Translations under genes and position numbers: made by a program
The notes under the pieces: model-generated
Database searches by the model: none
What the model was told of the DNA's origin: nothing
Seen by the model: only the letters and a program-made list of their open reading frames with translations
NCBI GenBank assembly: GCA_001662655.1
Contig: KV460262.1
DNA length: 20,000 nucleotides
Source of the DNA: Pseudogymnoascus verrucosus
Lineage: Eukaryota
Direction: 5' to 3' (one strand)
In this document: piece by piece, positions 1 to 11,945 of the stretch
Layout: each line of letters begins with the position of its first letter
Position numbering within the stretch: position 1 is the first letter of the stretch

Positions 1-256
1 CTGTGATGGTTCCTCCCAGGAATTAAGCTTCATGGACCCTAGAAATTATGTTCCCCACCATCCACAATCAACAGCCTCGCGATAAACGTTAATCCGCTCC
101 GGGCCTTCCATCAGAACGAGCCCCCAACGACCTCGGCTCAGCACCTCACAGCTTCCCTCACAAGCAAGTACGGGCCGACAGCAGCTTTAGCAAACCCCCG
201 ATATCCCCTCGCCAGATCTCAAGAATCAGCACACGACCTCATACCATGCGCTCATA

Positions 257-1638
257 ATGTCCTCCGCCGACTTCCAAGCCGCGCAACAGCGCATCGCCGC
301 CCGCCGAGCAGCGCACGCCGCGTCCGTTGCTTCTCAACCACACCCCCCCGCCTCGTCACCCCTCCACAAGCACCTCGCCAACCTCCCGCCGTCCCTCAAC
401 CGTCTCGGCGCCGCCGGTATCACAGCATGGGATACCATACGCGGGCGCTCTGGCACCAGCCCTGCCTTCCGCGTCGGGCAGGCTGATGCCGAGCTCCTAG
501 ACGAAGAGCTCCTCTCCCTCCTCCGCGGCCAGATCACCTCGGGCCTGAAATACTTCGGCGACATACAAGAAGAATGGGGCGAAGAAGTCGGGCTCGCGCT
601 GCGCGGCATACTCTTCAAAGTCTCCGTCTGGGATCATGGTACGACCCCCCTCCCTATTCCACACTATGAGGACCACTACTAACCACCGTCCCAGACGCGA
701 CCTACGGCGCCGCCCTCCAAAACCTCCGCTTCACCGACGCGCGCCACACCGGCCTAGTCCCCCTCCCCCCCTCTCGCTCCCAAAAAGCGCTCTACGGGCT
801 CCTCACCGTCTTCGGCCCCTACGCCTGGACACGCTGGGAGCGCTACCTCTCCTCGCCCTCCTTCTCGCTCTCCTCGCGCCTCAACACCATCACCTCGCGC
901 CTCACAACCGTCTACTCCCTCGCCTCCCTCGCCTCCTTCAGCGCCTTCCTCCTCAACGGGCGCTACCGCACCCTCCTCGACCGCGCGCTCCGCCTGCGCC
1001 TCGCACCGCGCACGAACCAGCTCGCAAGGGATATTTCCTTCGAGTACCTTAATCGCCAACTCGTCTGGCACGCATTCACCGAGTTTCTCCTCTTCCTCCT
1101 CCCACTCCTCGGCATCGCGCGCTGGCGGCGCTGGCTCTCGCGCACATGGCGCAGGGTATCCTCTCTCTCCTCCCCATCCGACGGGCCTGCAGAAGTCAAA
1201 CAAGGTCCTCTTGCACATCTCCCCGAGCGCACATGCGCGATCTGCTACGAAGACCAGAATAAGGCGAAATCAGAAGCTGAGATCGTCGCTGCGAGCGCGG
1301 CGGGGCAGGGGGGCGTGGCTGGCGGGATGACGGATGTGACGAATCCGTACTGCGGGCCGTGCGGGTGCGTGTACTGCTTCGTCTGTCTAGCAGGCAGGCT
1401 TGAGGGCGAGGCAGGGGAGGGATGGGTGTGTCTGCGCTGTGGAGAGGTGATGCAGGAGTGTTGGGCGTGGGGGGGGGATGTGATTGAGGAGAAGCCTGTG
1501 AGGGTGGGGAGGGAGAAGAAGGTGGGGTTCGTGGATGGGAATGGGAGTAGCAGCGACAGCGGGAGCGCGAGTGAGGAGAGGGATGAGGAGGGGTCGGAGG
1601 TTTACGAGGAGAATGAGATGCCGGATTTTGACGAATAG
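257..1638 (+). CDS. PEX2: Peroxin-2, peroxisomal RING-finger E3 ligase subunit (~441 aa; exons 257-638, 695-1638)
   Basis: Exon 1 has the Pex2/Pex12-type N-terminal motif FRVGQADAELLDEEL. Intron 639-694 (GTACGA...CTAAC...CCAG) restores WDHDATYGAALQNLRFTDAR. Exon 2 encodes FLLNGRYRTLLDR, ISFEYLNRQLVWHAFTEFLLFLLP and a C-terminal RING (CAIC...NPYCGPCGCVYCFVC...WVCLRC). The spliced length is a multiple of 3. Confidence 0.95.
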
Positions 1639-1932
1639 GTAGTTGGGACGGGGATGGGGATGTGTGTTTACTAGGCGCGTTTTGTGCTTTCGGTTCTTGT
1701 GGCGGCCGTCAAGGTGACGGATTGGTTATGTTGTTGCGATTTTGGGATACCCGGGGGCGGCTGCGGAGCAGCATGCGCGTGGAAGACGGGGTGTATAAGT
1801 ACTATTTACGGTGTATCACCACGAGAGGACAGACTACGGCTGTGTAGTTCAAATAATATCATATTTTACGCCTAAGCTCATGCAATAGTGTTACGTTTCC
1901 CCAGAGCACCTAAGCCCTATTACTCGTATCCT

Positions 1933-2866
1933 TTACTTCTTCTGATACGCCTCGCCGATTCCGCGCTGGACGGCCTCCCTCGCCGCAACCCTATCGATCC
2001 AGCGGAGCAAGTGCGGGAACTTCGCGAGCTCCTCATCAGTGAACCCGGTGTTCTTCCAGCCCTTGACCCAAGGCCAGGTGCCAAGCTCGGCAACACTGTA
2101 TCTGCCCTTTCCGTTACCAGCAAGGTACTCGCGCTCGACACCGGTATATCTACCCGACAATTGGATCTCAAGCACCTCATAAACGCGGAGAGTCTCGTTG
2201 CGGAAACGGTTAATTGCGAAGCTAGTAATTGGTGTTAGTGGGACGGTGCGGGGAAAGAGTGTGGGGACTGTGGGGACTACTCACGGAATCTGCTCGGCTT
2301 GTCTGCGGAAGAAGTTGGTGTTGCCTTGGTACGGAGCTCCGCTGCCGTGCCAGAAAATAAGCCATTGCTCGGCCTGGCTGGTCTGGAGCTCGTCCTTGAA
2401 GCGGAAGTGGTGGTCCGGGTCGTAGTTACGGACGAGGTAGAGAAGGATGGCGGAGGTCTCGAAGACGGGGAAGGGGGGGGATTGGTTGTTGTCGATGAGG
2501 ACGGGGATGCGGCCGTTGGGGTTGAGACGGAGGAACCACTCCTTCTTCTGCTCGTTGGTGGAGATGTCGCTGCGGTGATGTCAGTGTGTTGTTCTGATGA
2601 GCTGGAAGTTTGGGAACGGGGGGCAAACGGACATCACAGTAGTGGTGAATTGGAGACCATATTTGTCCTTGAGCTCCTCAAGCAAGATCTGGACCTTTTG
2701 GCCGTTGGGGGTGCTTTGGGTCACCAAGTGGAGGCCCTATTCCGTGAGTTACAGTCAGTCTCATAACATAACCACAGGAAGCGAGAAGTGATAAAACACA
2801 GTGAAGCTCTACCTTTGCATTCTTGACATCAGCAGGTGTCTCATCGATGTAGATTGATTGAGACAT
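1933..2866 (-). CDS. Glutathione S-transferase, Ure2p/YfcG (Nu)-like class (~243 aa; exons 2866-2813, 2736-2633, 2569-2285, 2221-1933)
   Basis: Three canonical introns (2812-2737, 2632-2570, 2284-2222) join one frame: MSQSIYIDETPADVKNAK-GLHLVTQSTPNGQKVQILLEEL...DISTNEQKKEWFLRLNPNGRIPVLID...FETSAILLYL...AINRFRNETLRVYEVLE...YLAGNGKGRYSVAELGTWPWV...FPHLLRWIDRVAAREAVQRG. TPNG and NPNGRIP are hallmarks of this GST class. Confidence 0.93.
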
Positions 2867-3684
2867 GTTGATTCCCTTTCCCTTTTTTGAAGGCTGTCGG
2901 GTAGGATGTGTTTGTTTATGTATAGTTTTCTTAGAAGTGAAGTGCCGAAGCTGAGGTTGGAGTGGTGTAAGTGAGAAGCGTACAAGTCGTCGGGGTATAT
3001 GTGCACAGAGTGAAGTTGAAGAAAGCGAAGAAGAAGCAGCGAGGAAAGAGCGCATTATATACATTTCTCAATCGACGTCACGATACACCAATAGCTCTTT
3101 CCTTTGTGAGCTCTCAATCAGTCCCGTAACATTAATGATTAATCACACCACCACCACAGCGGGACCAACACCCGGCACGTCATTAGCTCTCCCTGCTTTG
3201 TCATATGCACCAGCACCGCCTTTGTCTTTAAGCGGGTGTTCTATCTATCGCCATTGCACAAAAAAAGGTAATTATTAAGCCATAAGACGGCCCAATAATT
3301 TAAGAGATGCCGACAAAAAGAATGCGCGTTGGATGGCTATGTGCAGATGTCGCGATTTGAAATCAAAAATACGTATTCTTCGTCGCTGTTGTACGAAGTA
3401 GCACTGTTTCGCCATAGGTATAGCTTCAACCCCACGGTCCGCGCCCCGCCTTGCTTGTGCCAAGATCATGGAATAGAGGGGAAGTATTTACGATTAAAAG
3501 TCGGAGATCGGCATTTGCGCCATCATAGTCTATTTCATTCCATATATACGTTATACGACACTATCGCCGAAAACGCCGGCCATCGGCTTCATTTTGCCCG
3601 TTAATCGTGCTGTATCTACAAACCCCCGCTTCTTCTACAGATATCATAGTTGCTGCCGTGACATTTACATGCATCATCCCTCAT

Positions 3685-6600
3685 CTACACCACAATCAGG
3701 TTCTTCACCCGTAGCCCCTTCGCACTCTCAACCCAATATCTCCTCCTGATCCCTAAACTCCTCGCCCTCCTCAGCGCCCCCCACGTCGCCTCCCCTCCCC
3801 CAACCATCACCATCGGCACCTCATGCGCGCGCCTCATCCCCGCTGGCGTCTTCTGCACCACCTCCAGCAGCGGCCGGATGAGCTCATTATCATCATCATC
3901 GCTCACCATAACCACCATCTGTAGCCCCGCAGCGGTAGGGTAGAAGGCCGGCACATTCGCCAGCTTCTCACTGAAACTGCACCCGCCTCGCCGCATCACG
4001 ATCACATTGTACGCGCGCACCACGCGGTCAGGCAGCTTGCCGTCGCAGTTGTGAGAGGCGAAGTAGATGCTCGTCCAGGATAGGGGGTCGTTGGAGACGG
4101 CGTTGGAGTCGGGCGCTTCAGGCGCGGCGGGAATTGGTGCCGCGCCCGTGCCAACCGCACACTGTGCGCGGAGGGAGAGGAGTTGATATTTTGGTTCCTC
4201 ATTAGGCTGGGGTAGGAGCGTTGCGACGGGGTCGCGGAGCGCTGATGTGACTTGTTGAAGGAGGGAGGAGAACATGGTGCGGTAGTCTGAGGGTAAGTCT
4301 GCTAGCGCCTCGAGGTGCAGGGATTCGGGTGCTGCTTCGGAGTGAAGAGCTTCTTCGATCTTGCCGCTTGTGGGGAGCCTTGATGATGGCATTCCGTCTG
4401 TTTTGTTGACCTGAGAGTTCTCAACCTGGATGACGAGGTCGACGGTGAGAGGGTCACGGACTCGGGTAAATGATGGGTCAACGATGGGCCCTATCGTTTC
4501 TCGAGAGATGAAGACCTTCTCATCCCGACCCAGTGGGGTTGTGCCGATATTGAGGATTCGCCAGGACTTGGAAACGGGTCCTTCATCGTAGATGAATTGT
4601 GCTGAACTTTCTTCCTCGATCATCGCCACCGTAAGGCCAGCAAGGTTCTGAATGAGGACGCCCTCGTTGTTCACTCTGACAACGGGCTGAGAACCCACAG
4701 CTATATTGAACCCCTGACTTGCAAGTTGTGAGCTGGATGGGAATTCTATCCAAAACGTGTCTCGAATAGGTAAGCGTGCGCAAATCGCGTTGGGAGGCAC
4801 GAGACTTGAAGGCAGAGTCCAGGGGTAGATTGAATGATTTGCTGGTTGTGACCATTGATTCTCCACCGCCTTTGTAGTATCCAAAGCAATTTCATCCATG
4901 GCATTGTAATTCGGAACACGGTGAAGCCCGACTAAGCTCGCAGCATGGAAGATATCTGGCCGTGCAGCAGTGGGTGACCCCGTAAGTGGTTGCATTGTTG
5001 GCGGAACAGGACAAACTTCGGCATTCTCGGGCGAGGTATAAGACTCTACCGAAGAACTCCTAGGCGCTTTTGGTGTGTTCTTTTGCTGACTTGATTTTCG
5101 TGGAATGATTAAAGGATGGCCTTCTGTGGTGAAGACGTAGGGGGCGTCGAGAGAATTCAAAGGATGATCCGGATCAAAGAGGAGGTAAAGATACTTCGCT
5201 GTCTCTCCCAGAAAGAAGCTTTCCATCCTATCACTCATCTCACCAGTGCGAACATCTTGCAAGCCAGACCATCCGCACTCTGCCCAGCAGCGTCGCTGGA
5301 TATCTTTCAATACCATCTCCCCAACATGAAGGTACCACGGATCTTGGGTTGCACGGAATATATGGTAATTCGACTCAATAAATTCCGGGCGGCCAGGCCA
5401 CCAACCTAGCCCGCCCTCAACGGTTCCGTCCCTCACTGACCATCTCTCCGGTAACGCCGAGTATCTGGTCCACAATGCCGTGTAAAGTAAATGGGTTTCG
5501 ATAGCTTCGTCTATCTCACCAGCTATGGCCAACAGGCCTGGGTAATAGGCACCAAGACTATCTATCCAATAAGTCTGCGGCGACCCTGTAGCAAGGTGTG
5601 CAACAACATAGTGAGGGTGGTGAGTACTGCTGTATAAATGCCTCTTGATAGCGCTGTGCGCCTCTTTCCAGGCCTCCAGAAAACTGTCCGAGGCATTCTC
5701 CTCAGAAGTTAGAGGTTTGAAAATTGTATTCGGGTCGAGCCAAGTATCCGACCTCTTGCCAGCTGGAACCGTGGTATTTGGTGGCGCAAGACCAGATGTG
5801 AGTATGTGAGTCTTAAATGCATATTCAAAGAAGCTATCAGTGCCTGCACCAATACCAGCATATGGTCCTATCCACTTTCCATTCTCGGCGTCAATACCCG
5901 CACCGAGAAGGCTGAGCTGACTCCGATGAGACCACACAGCCCAAAACGCCCGTTTAGCAAGTTGTTCGAACCGAGGGTCGCCAGTTAACCGGCTAAGCAC
6001 AGTAAACTCGAGGACCAAGCTTCCTGCGCCAGCACTGCACGTTTCGGTGACCTCATTGGAACCAGCGCCGCCCTCCCGTGCCCCGGAGCCCTTGTGCAAC
6101 GGGGACCTATGATAAAATGGTATGCCGTGTCGCAAGTTGACCCTGGGATACGGCATTCCAGTATTGGTATAAAATGCCGGGAGCATTCGTTGCGCCAAGT
6201 CCAAGGCAAGGCGTAGTAACTGCCCGTCGTATTTGAATCCATTCGACCACAGTATTGGGGCTTCTTCGCCTGGCACGTCTGCCTTCCAAGGCCAACTTGA
6301 AGCTCTTCGCGGTTTGTAGTTTCTTATAGGCAGCTCACCGATTGCAAAAAGGTGAGCGCTAAGGAGTCCTCCTACACCGCGAATCACTGTCTCGAAGACC
6401 TGGACCTTGCTGTCTAAATCGAAGCCCCGCGCCTTGAGACCCTGCCCGGACGACCCTTCTGTGCCGTCGCCATAGTGGATAATGAGCGATGCAATGCCGT
6501 CTTGAAAGTCGTGGAGCGCGTTGAGACCGGTTCGTTCATTATCCGGGGGTGCCGAAGCCAGAATGGCCAGCGTCGACAAGCTGTCAATGAGTGTGAGCGA

Positions 6601-6951
6601 GTAGTTTCCAAGCGCATCGTTGAGGTCTATGTTTCTCGGATTATTGCTTCGTGTCAAGGGTTTGCAGGAGACTGGTCTAAGCTGCGCAGAATATTAGTAA
6701 CTATAGAAACTCTCAGTGGGGAAAGAACGTACCTCATCGTCCGGAAATGCAATGTTCATGTAGTTGTCGTATCCATGGTAGAACATGTCAACTGCCTCTT
6801 GACGCAACTCGGCAATGCGCCGCGGGGGCATAGCATTGGCCACTGCGACGAAGGCAGCAACTAGAAATATATATAGCCATGGTCGTGTGTGAGAAGGTGG
6901 CCTGCTCTTATATGAGGTACGCAGGGACGGCCTCAGCCATCGCAATGGCAT
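3685..6951 (-). CDS. MNL1: EDEM/Mnl1(Htm1)-like ER degradation-enhancing alpha-1,2-mannosidase, GH47 plus C-terminal PA domain (~1071 aa; exons 6951-6733, 6681-3685)
   Basis: Hydrophobic signal/anchor (WLYIFLVAAFVAVANA), then MFYHGYDNYMNIAFPDDE. Intron 6732-6682 (GTACGT...CTAAT...GCAG) continues into LRPVSC. GH47 motifs: FETVIRGVGGLLSAH, PYPRVNL, GIGAGTDSFFEY, RPEFIES, DRMESFFLGETAKYLYLLFD, FTTEGHP. The PA-like motif RRGGCSFSEKL near the C-terminus fits the EDEM3/Mnl1 subfamily. Confidence 0.92.
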
Positions 6952-7522
6952 CGCCGCTATGGGAATAATAACGGCATGGGAGCTAGGCGCAAATCAACAA
7001 CAGCTCTGATGGCTGCTCGCGCGACAAATTAAGCAAATGGGTATCTAGGAAAGGAAGGTTGGGAAGAATAGTAGTAGTAGGAGCATGAGTAGCACGGGAA
7101 TCGCGATGTGATGTGGCTTTAAATTCAGTGTAGTAGGGTGGCATATTATGTCAACTAATACCGAGGCACGTGAGGCTAAAGATGAATTTCTAATAAAGTA
7201 AATACGAGTTTAAATCAATATAATAAAATATTGCAAGACGAGTTCCTGAAAGTACACCTGGCATTTTAGTGAGTTTATTCGATCGTACCTATCACAGAAA
7301 TATCATCCCATGGGTCGAGGGGACAGTACATGAATTGTAACCCGGCAAATTAATGGTCCGTTGGTCAACCTCGCCGAGCAAGGCTGAGAAAGGTCCCAAG
7401 AAACCACCTACGAACCCGCCCACTCATTTGACGATAAGGAGTGAAAGTCGACCCGCGCGATCCAGCAGCACCACCACGACACCAGCGATGTTATTAGGCA
7501 ACAGGTTTGCTCATCGTAAACT

Positions 7523-8862
7523 ATGATCGAGCATGATTTAGCAGGCACAAGTAAGGACTTTGCGAGATGAGGGTGACGTACCACTGCTAACACGTTCACC
7601 AGCGCCATTATGGTCGACGGAATCTACGGCTGTCTTGCTCGCCGAGCTGGCACGACGACAGGAGGAGGGAGAACGGCCGGCTTGTGGTTCTGCGCAAGGG
7701 GGGGATTATAGTACACCAGCTCACGTTGGAGCCTTGGTTCTCATCCTCGTCCTGAGTATTGCTGGTACGATTGACACCCGATACACAATTTCCAGGGCGC
7801 TACTAACAATTATCAGGCTGTGGCTTCCCCCTCATCTCCCAACGTGCGAACAAACATAAAGGGCCAAACGACCTCGTCTTCTACTCACAACACTTCGGCA
7901 CAGGAGTGCTGATTGCAACCGCCTTCGTGCATCTCCTCCCCACCGCATTCGTCTCCCTCACCAACCCCTGTCTCCCATGGTTCTTCAACCAGGGATACCG
8001 GCCACTGGCCGGCGTAATAGCCATGATATCCGCCCTCATCGTCGTCGGGCTCGAGATGTTCCTCCGCACGCGAGGCGTCGCGCACACCCATTCCCACCTC
8101 GAAACGTGGGAACCCGAGACTACCGCCATCCCCGAACAGGGCCAGGCGGACCAGGATCGCGAGTATGAGGAATCGACCGTTGGACTGATGGGCGCGAGGT
8201 CGTGGAATGGTGAGCCGAGCCCAAAGGAAAATGGAAACAAGACGACATCGGACTACCGCGGAGATGCGGAGGACTCGGATCTCGATTTGGATGAATTGGA
8301 CCCCGCGACGGGGACAAATGGTGGTACCGGCTCGCGGCCGCATGCTCAAACTCTTAGCCCGGAGGAATTACAGAAGAAACTCATGGTTCAGTGTATGCTC
8401 CTCGAAGCCGGGATCATCTTCCACTCCGTCTTCATCGGCATGGCCGTATCCGTCGCGACCGGGCCCCCATTCGTCGTTTTCCTCATCGCCATCTCCTTCC
8501 ACCAGACGTTTGAGGGCATGGCATTAGGCTCCCGTATAGCGGCCATTAAATTCCCCAAGGGCTCCTTCAAGCCCTGGCTTATGGTTCTTGCCTACGGCGT
8601 TACGACGCCTATCGGACAGGCTATCGGTCTGGCCGTTCACACGCTTTATGACCCGAAGAGCCAGGCTGGGCTCCTCATGGTGGGGGTGATGAATGCGATT
8701 AGCAGCGGCTTGCTGTTGTTCGCGGGGCTGGTGCAGTTGCTTGCGGAGGACTTCCTCAGTGAGGGGAGTTATGGTGTACTACAAGGGAAGAAGAGGGTTC
8801 AGGCTTTTACGGCGGTGATTTTGGGAGCTACGTTGATGGCAATGGTAGGTGCGTTTGCGTGA
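7523..8862 (+). CDS. ZIP-family (Zrt/Irt-like) zinc/iron permease (~411 aa; exons 7523-7550, 7603-7764, 7817-8862)
   Basis: Introns 7551-7602 (GTAAGG...GCTAAC...CCAG) and 7765-7816 (GTACGA...CTAAC...TCAG) give an in-phase model. ZIP motifs: HFGTGVLIATAFVHLLP, His-rich loop HTHSH, LEAGIIFHSVFIG, FHQTFEGMALG, TTPIGQAIG. The first exon is less certain than the rest. Confidence 0.92.
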
Positions 8863-9801
8863 TTATGTATCCGCTTGTATAGACAGCGTGGGATTTTTGT
8901 ATGCATATTTGGAATAGTAAAAGGGGCATGTAAGAAGATTCGTTTTTGGGTAATGGCATATTTTGTTAATATCTGCACCAAGTTTTGCAATGGAAACCAA
9001 CTTGAATAGATCTGGCTTTGATGGGATTCAATCAGATATGTGCACGACAAGGCATGAACTATTATCTGAAGTGATTCGGACCCCGACATCTATTACCCTA
9101 TTACCATTGGCAGGAGATGAGAGCATCTAGGCCAGGCCATAAAAACTTAACCAACTCGTATTCCTGTCAATCTACTTCAACGGGCCGTCCTCTGTCCGAT
9201 CACCTGCATCGGGACTGTGTTACTGAGGAACTGGGGACTTGTAACATATCTACCACAACCAAAGGATAGAAGTTGATGCTAATCACATAATTTATCTTCT
9301 TCTATAATCAACGACTTTTAAGCTATATAGCTAGATATGATTGTAAATACCAGCTTTGCCTGCCTATAAAATCGTCATTGTTGATAATCAATGTATTTAT
9401 AGCGTACGCACTATTGACGATAACGCGTAACCCCATAACCACCCGCAACATTAGTACGTGCCACCCTGGCCCATCGTACTCGACTACAACTTGGGGTCCA
9501 AGGCAGCACTTCGTAGTAGCACATCCCAATTGTCTCAGAATACAACGCATGTCTCTGTCCAGCTTCCAGCTCCAACTCACCACCAGCTGAGTTAATCCTC
9601 TATATCGTTGCATCGCGCAGCATCACCAACACATCCCATCGTCGCATCAAGCTCCTGTCGAGCTACCCCGGATCGTCGTTACTCAGCCTTGCGATGTCAT
9701 AGGCGTTCCAGCCTCGCCACAGTCGTAATCAAAGCACGACATACCGTCCCGAACCTCGAGCATATACCGAGAGCCTCACGTCGAGAGCCTCTGAAGCAGC
9801 C

Positions 9802-10952
9802 ATGCCTACCGTTATCGATGGCTTCGAGGCCCTGTATTATATGAATATATGGCGGATCCTAGCCGACCTCACGCACTCACTGTCGAAATGCATCCTTATC
9901 TTCGCCATCCACCGCAACCGGAGCTCTGAAGGTCTGTCTCCCCCCCCTTCTCCCCCCCATCGCAGTCCAGATCTCGGTATAGAACAAACTCTAACACCCC
10001 CCCAGGCGTCTCCGTCATCTCCCAAGCCCTCTACGCCCTCGTCTTCTGCACCCGCTACATCGACCTCTTCTGGAAGAACCCCAAGGACAACTACTGGAAC
10101 TTCATCTTCAAAATCTTCTACATCGTCTCCTCGCTCTACATCCTCCTCCTCATGACCCGCATCTTCGCCCGCACCCGCGAGCGCGAAGTCTCCTACCGCC
10201 TCGGCGCATACAGTCTTCTCGGCGCCCTCGTCCTCTCCCCCTTCATCACCATGATCGCCGAGAAGGCGTGGGGTCCGTCATTTTCCTATATCGTTATCAA
10301 CTTCTCCCTCATCCTCGAGAGTGTCTGCGTTTTGCCGCAACTGCTCTTACTGCGCCAGACTACGGTCCCGACGGTCATCGACTCGTACTACCTCCTCGCG
10401 CTGGGCGCGTATCGTGCGCTGTATATCTGTAACTGGATCCAGCGTTACGCGTCTGCGGACCCGGTGAAGCCAGAGGCTGTGGCGGTTATCTTTGGCGTCA
10501 TACAAACACTACTATACGTCGACTTCGCATGGGTGTACTACTCACGCCAACGCGTGAAGCTGCGCAGCGGCGGAATCGTAGACGCCGATGACCTGAGCAA
10601 GTCTTGGATGTTACGGCGAGTTCTTCGCCGCGGCCGGGACAGCGAGGAGAATGATGAAGAAGCGAGACCAGCGCTGGGAGATGATGGGGAGTATGAGCAG
10701 AACGTGTCCGGGAGGGAGGGGTCGAGGGGACGAGCGGGGGGTTGGGGGAGGAGGGGCATCAGTGTTAGTGCTGATGATGATGTGCTGGCGGCGGAGAGGG
10801 GTGAAGGGAGCCCGATTGCGGCGGATGCCAGGATGAGGGATCCGGATGAGTTGGCGAGGATCTTGCATGATGAGGATGATAGTGATGCGGAGGTGACTGG
10901 GGCGCCGAAGGCGACGCCGATTGGAGGGGAGGAGTGGAGGGATAGGATTTAG
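9802..10952 (+). CDS. ERD2/KDEL-receptor-like ER lumen protein retaining receptor with long acidic C-terminal tail (exons 9802-9931, 10006-10952; alternative start at 9841)
   Basis: MNIWRILADLTHSLSKCILIFAIHRNRSSEG, then intron 9932-10005 (GTCTGT...CTAAC...CCAG), then VSVISQALYALVFCTRYIDLFW, FSLILESVCVLPQL, YLLALGAYRALYICNWI and GVIQTLLYVDFAWVYY. These match ERD2 family helices. Confidence 0.9.
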
Positions 10953-11200
10953 CTTGATGTGGTGGAAGAGGGGTGGTTGTTTGATTGAGGAAGTCTTGGG
11001 TGTTTGAGACTACAGGGCGAGATTGTTACTATACAATATGTTAAATGAAATGATATTATACCCCCCACTGTGAAAATACAATTACCATTTGGTATGATGG
11101 GGATCAAGAAGTGTTTCGTAGAGACCAGCAATCGAAGAAGAATTAGAACCTGCGCTCCGCATATTCCCTTACCCTATCTGAACAGTGACCATGTAAAGCC

Positions 11201-11258
11201 AGGGGTTGTCAACAGCAAAATAAAGGCAGTGACAACAGCGCATGGCGGCGAGAATGGC
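11201..11258 (+). repeat. Copy 1 of a 58-bp degenerate direct repeat (copy 2 at 11888-11945)
   Basis: Ungapped manual alignment gives 44/58 identity; 13 of the 14 mismatches are transitions. Confidence 0.75.
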
Positions 11259-11469
11259 AGTGAGAATGACAGGAGAATAACACGACAGCAACACCACACA
11301 GCGACAATGCAACCCACTTCCACCATTCTCAATATCTTCTCCACACATTCTCCCCCGGCTTCGTGTAGAGCCGGCTACAGGTTCGGCGTTGGGAAAGGGC
11401 CCGTCACAATGTCCTTTGCTTTGCTGTACGTAGACAATCCTCTGATCAAACCTTGTCCCATCCTCAACT

Positions 11470-11733
11470 CTACTTAACGTATCCATAACTGAGTATCCTC
11501 ACCCTCCCTGCTTTAGAACTCTCTTTGAGTAGATCCTTCGGAGTGAAGCTGCCATGTCCGAGATGATCTTTGCGACCTCCCATTTTTTTTGTACTTCCGC
11601 TACAGCCTCTTTGAGGCCATTCAATAGGCTCCGCATCATCTGATCGAGTTCTTTCGGGGTCTTCCTGCGGTGACTGTCCGATAATGAGTATATGTGTCAT
11701 CGTTATGGAGAAGTCAGATAGATGCCAGGCCAA
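11470..11733 (-). pseudogene. Degenerate fragment of a SesB/DUF676(PGAP1)-like alpha/beta-hydrolase domain
   Basis: HILIIGQSPQEDPERT...SFTPKDLLKESSKAGRVRILSYGY resembles the N-terminal pattern (IVFVHGL.GHP..TW...FWP.DLL....ARIL.YGY) of fungal NLR-associated hydrolases. The frame stops right after YGY and no GHSxG nucleophile motif follows. Confidence 0.5.
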
Positions 11734-11852
11734 TCATATACGTTGGCTGTGGAACATGTGGCCCTTTTCCCGTTTTGTTAGCGATGCTTTGCGAAATGGC
11801 CACGAAATCCCAAGTAAAGAGCTGGGGTGTTTGCATCTAGACCGAAGACCAA

Positions 11853-11884
11853 CAGCGGCAGCGGCAGCGGCAGCGGCAGCGGCA
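11853..11884 (+). repeat. (CAGCGG)5 hexanucleotide microsatellite
   Basis: Five perfect units plus CA, read directly from the sequence. Confidence 0.95.
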
Positions 11885-11887
11885 ACG

Positions 11888-11945
11888 GGGGATTGTCGAC
11901 AACAAGAGAAGAGCGGTAACAACAGCACGTGGCGGTGAGAATGAC
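11888..11945 (+). repeat. Copy 2 of the 58-bp degenerate direct repeat (copy 1 at 11201-11258)
   Basis: GGGGATTGTCGACAACAAG...GGCGGTGAGAATGAC aligns without gaps to AGGGGTTGTCAACAGCAAA...GGCGGCGAGAATGGC. Confidence 0.75.

Noticed and set aside
334..1232. Overlapping ORFs 334-618(-), 636-1052(+), 754-1218(-), 963-1232(-)
   Set aside because: Shadow frames of the GC-rich PEX2 exons, with low-complexity products and no family motifs.
1888..2791. Plus-strand ORFs antisense to the GST (e.g. 2299-2766, 155 aa)
   Set aside because: Antisense mirror of codon-biased GST exons; they run through introns and have no motifs.
6952..7522. Zinc-responsive (ZafA/Zap1-type) site in the divergent MNL1-ZIP promoter
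   Set aside because: No convincing CAAGGT-type core was found by eye; only partial matches such as AAAGGTCCC.
7330..7525. Upstream ATG (MNC…) as an alternative ZIP start or uORF
   Set aside because: It stops after 7 codons, and the speculative splice I tried does not join the ZIP frame in phase. ATG 7523 gives a clean model.
3685..10952. Functional ER quality-control cluster (MNL1 plus ERD2-like)
   Set aside because: Only two genes, separated by an unrelated transporter; ordinary housekeeping adjacency explains it.
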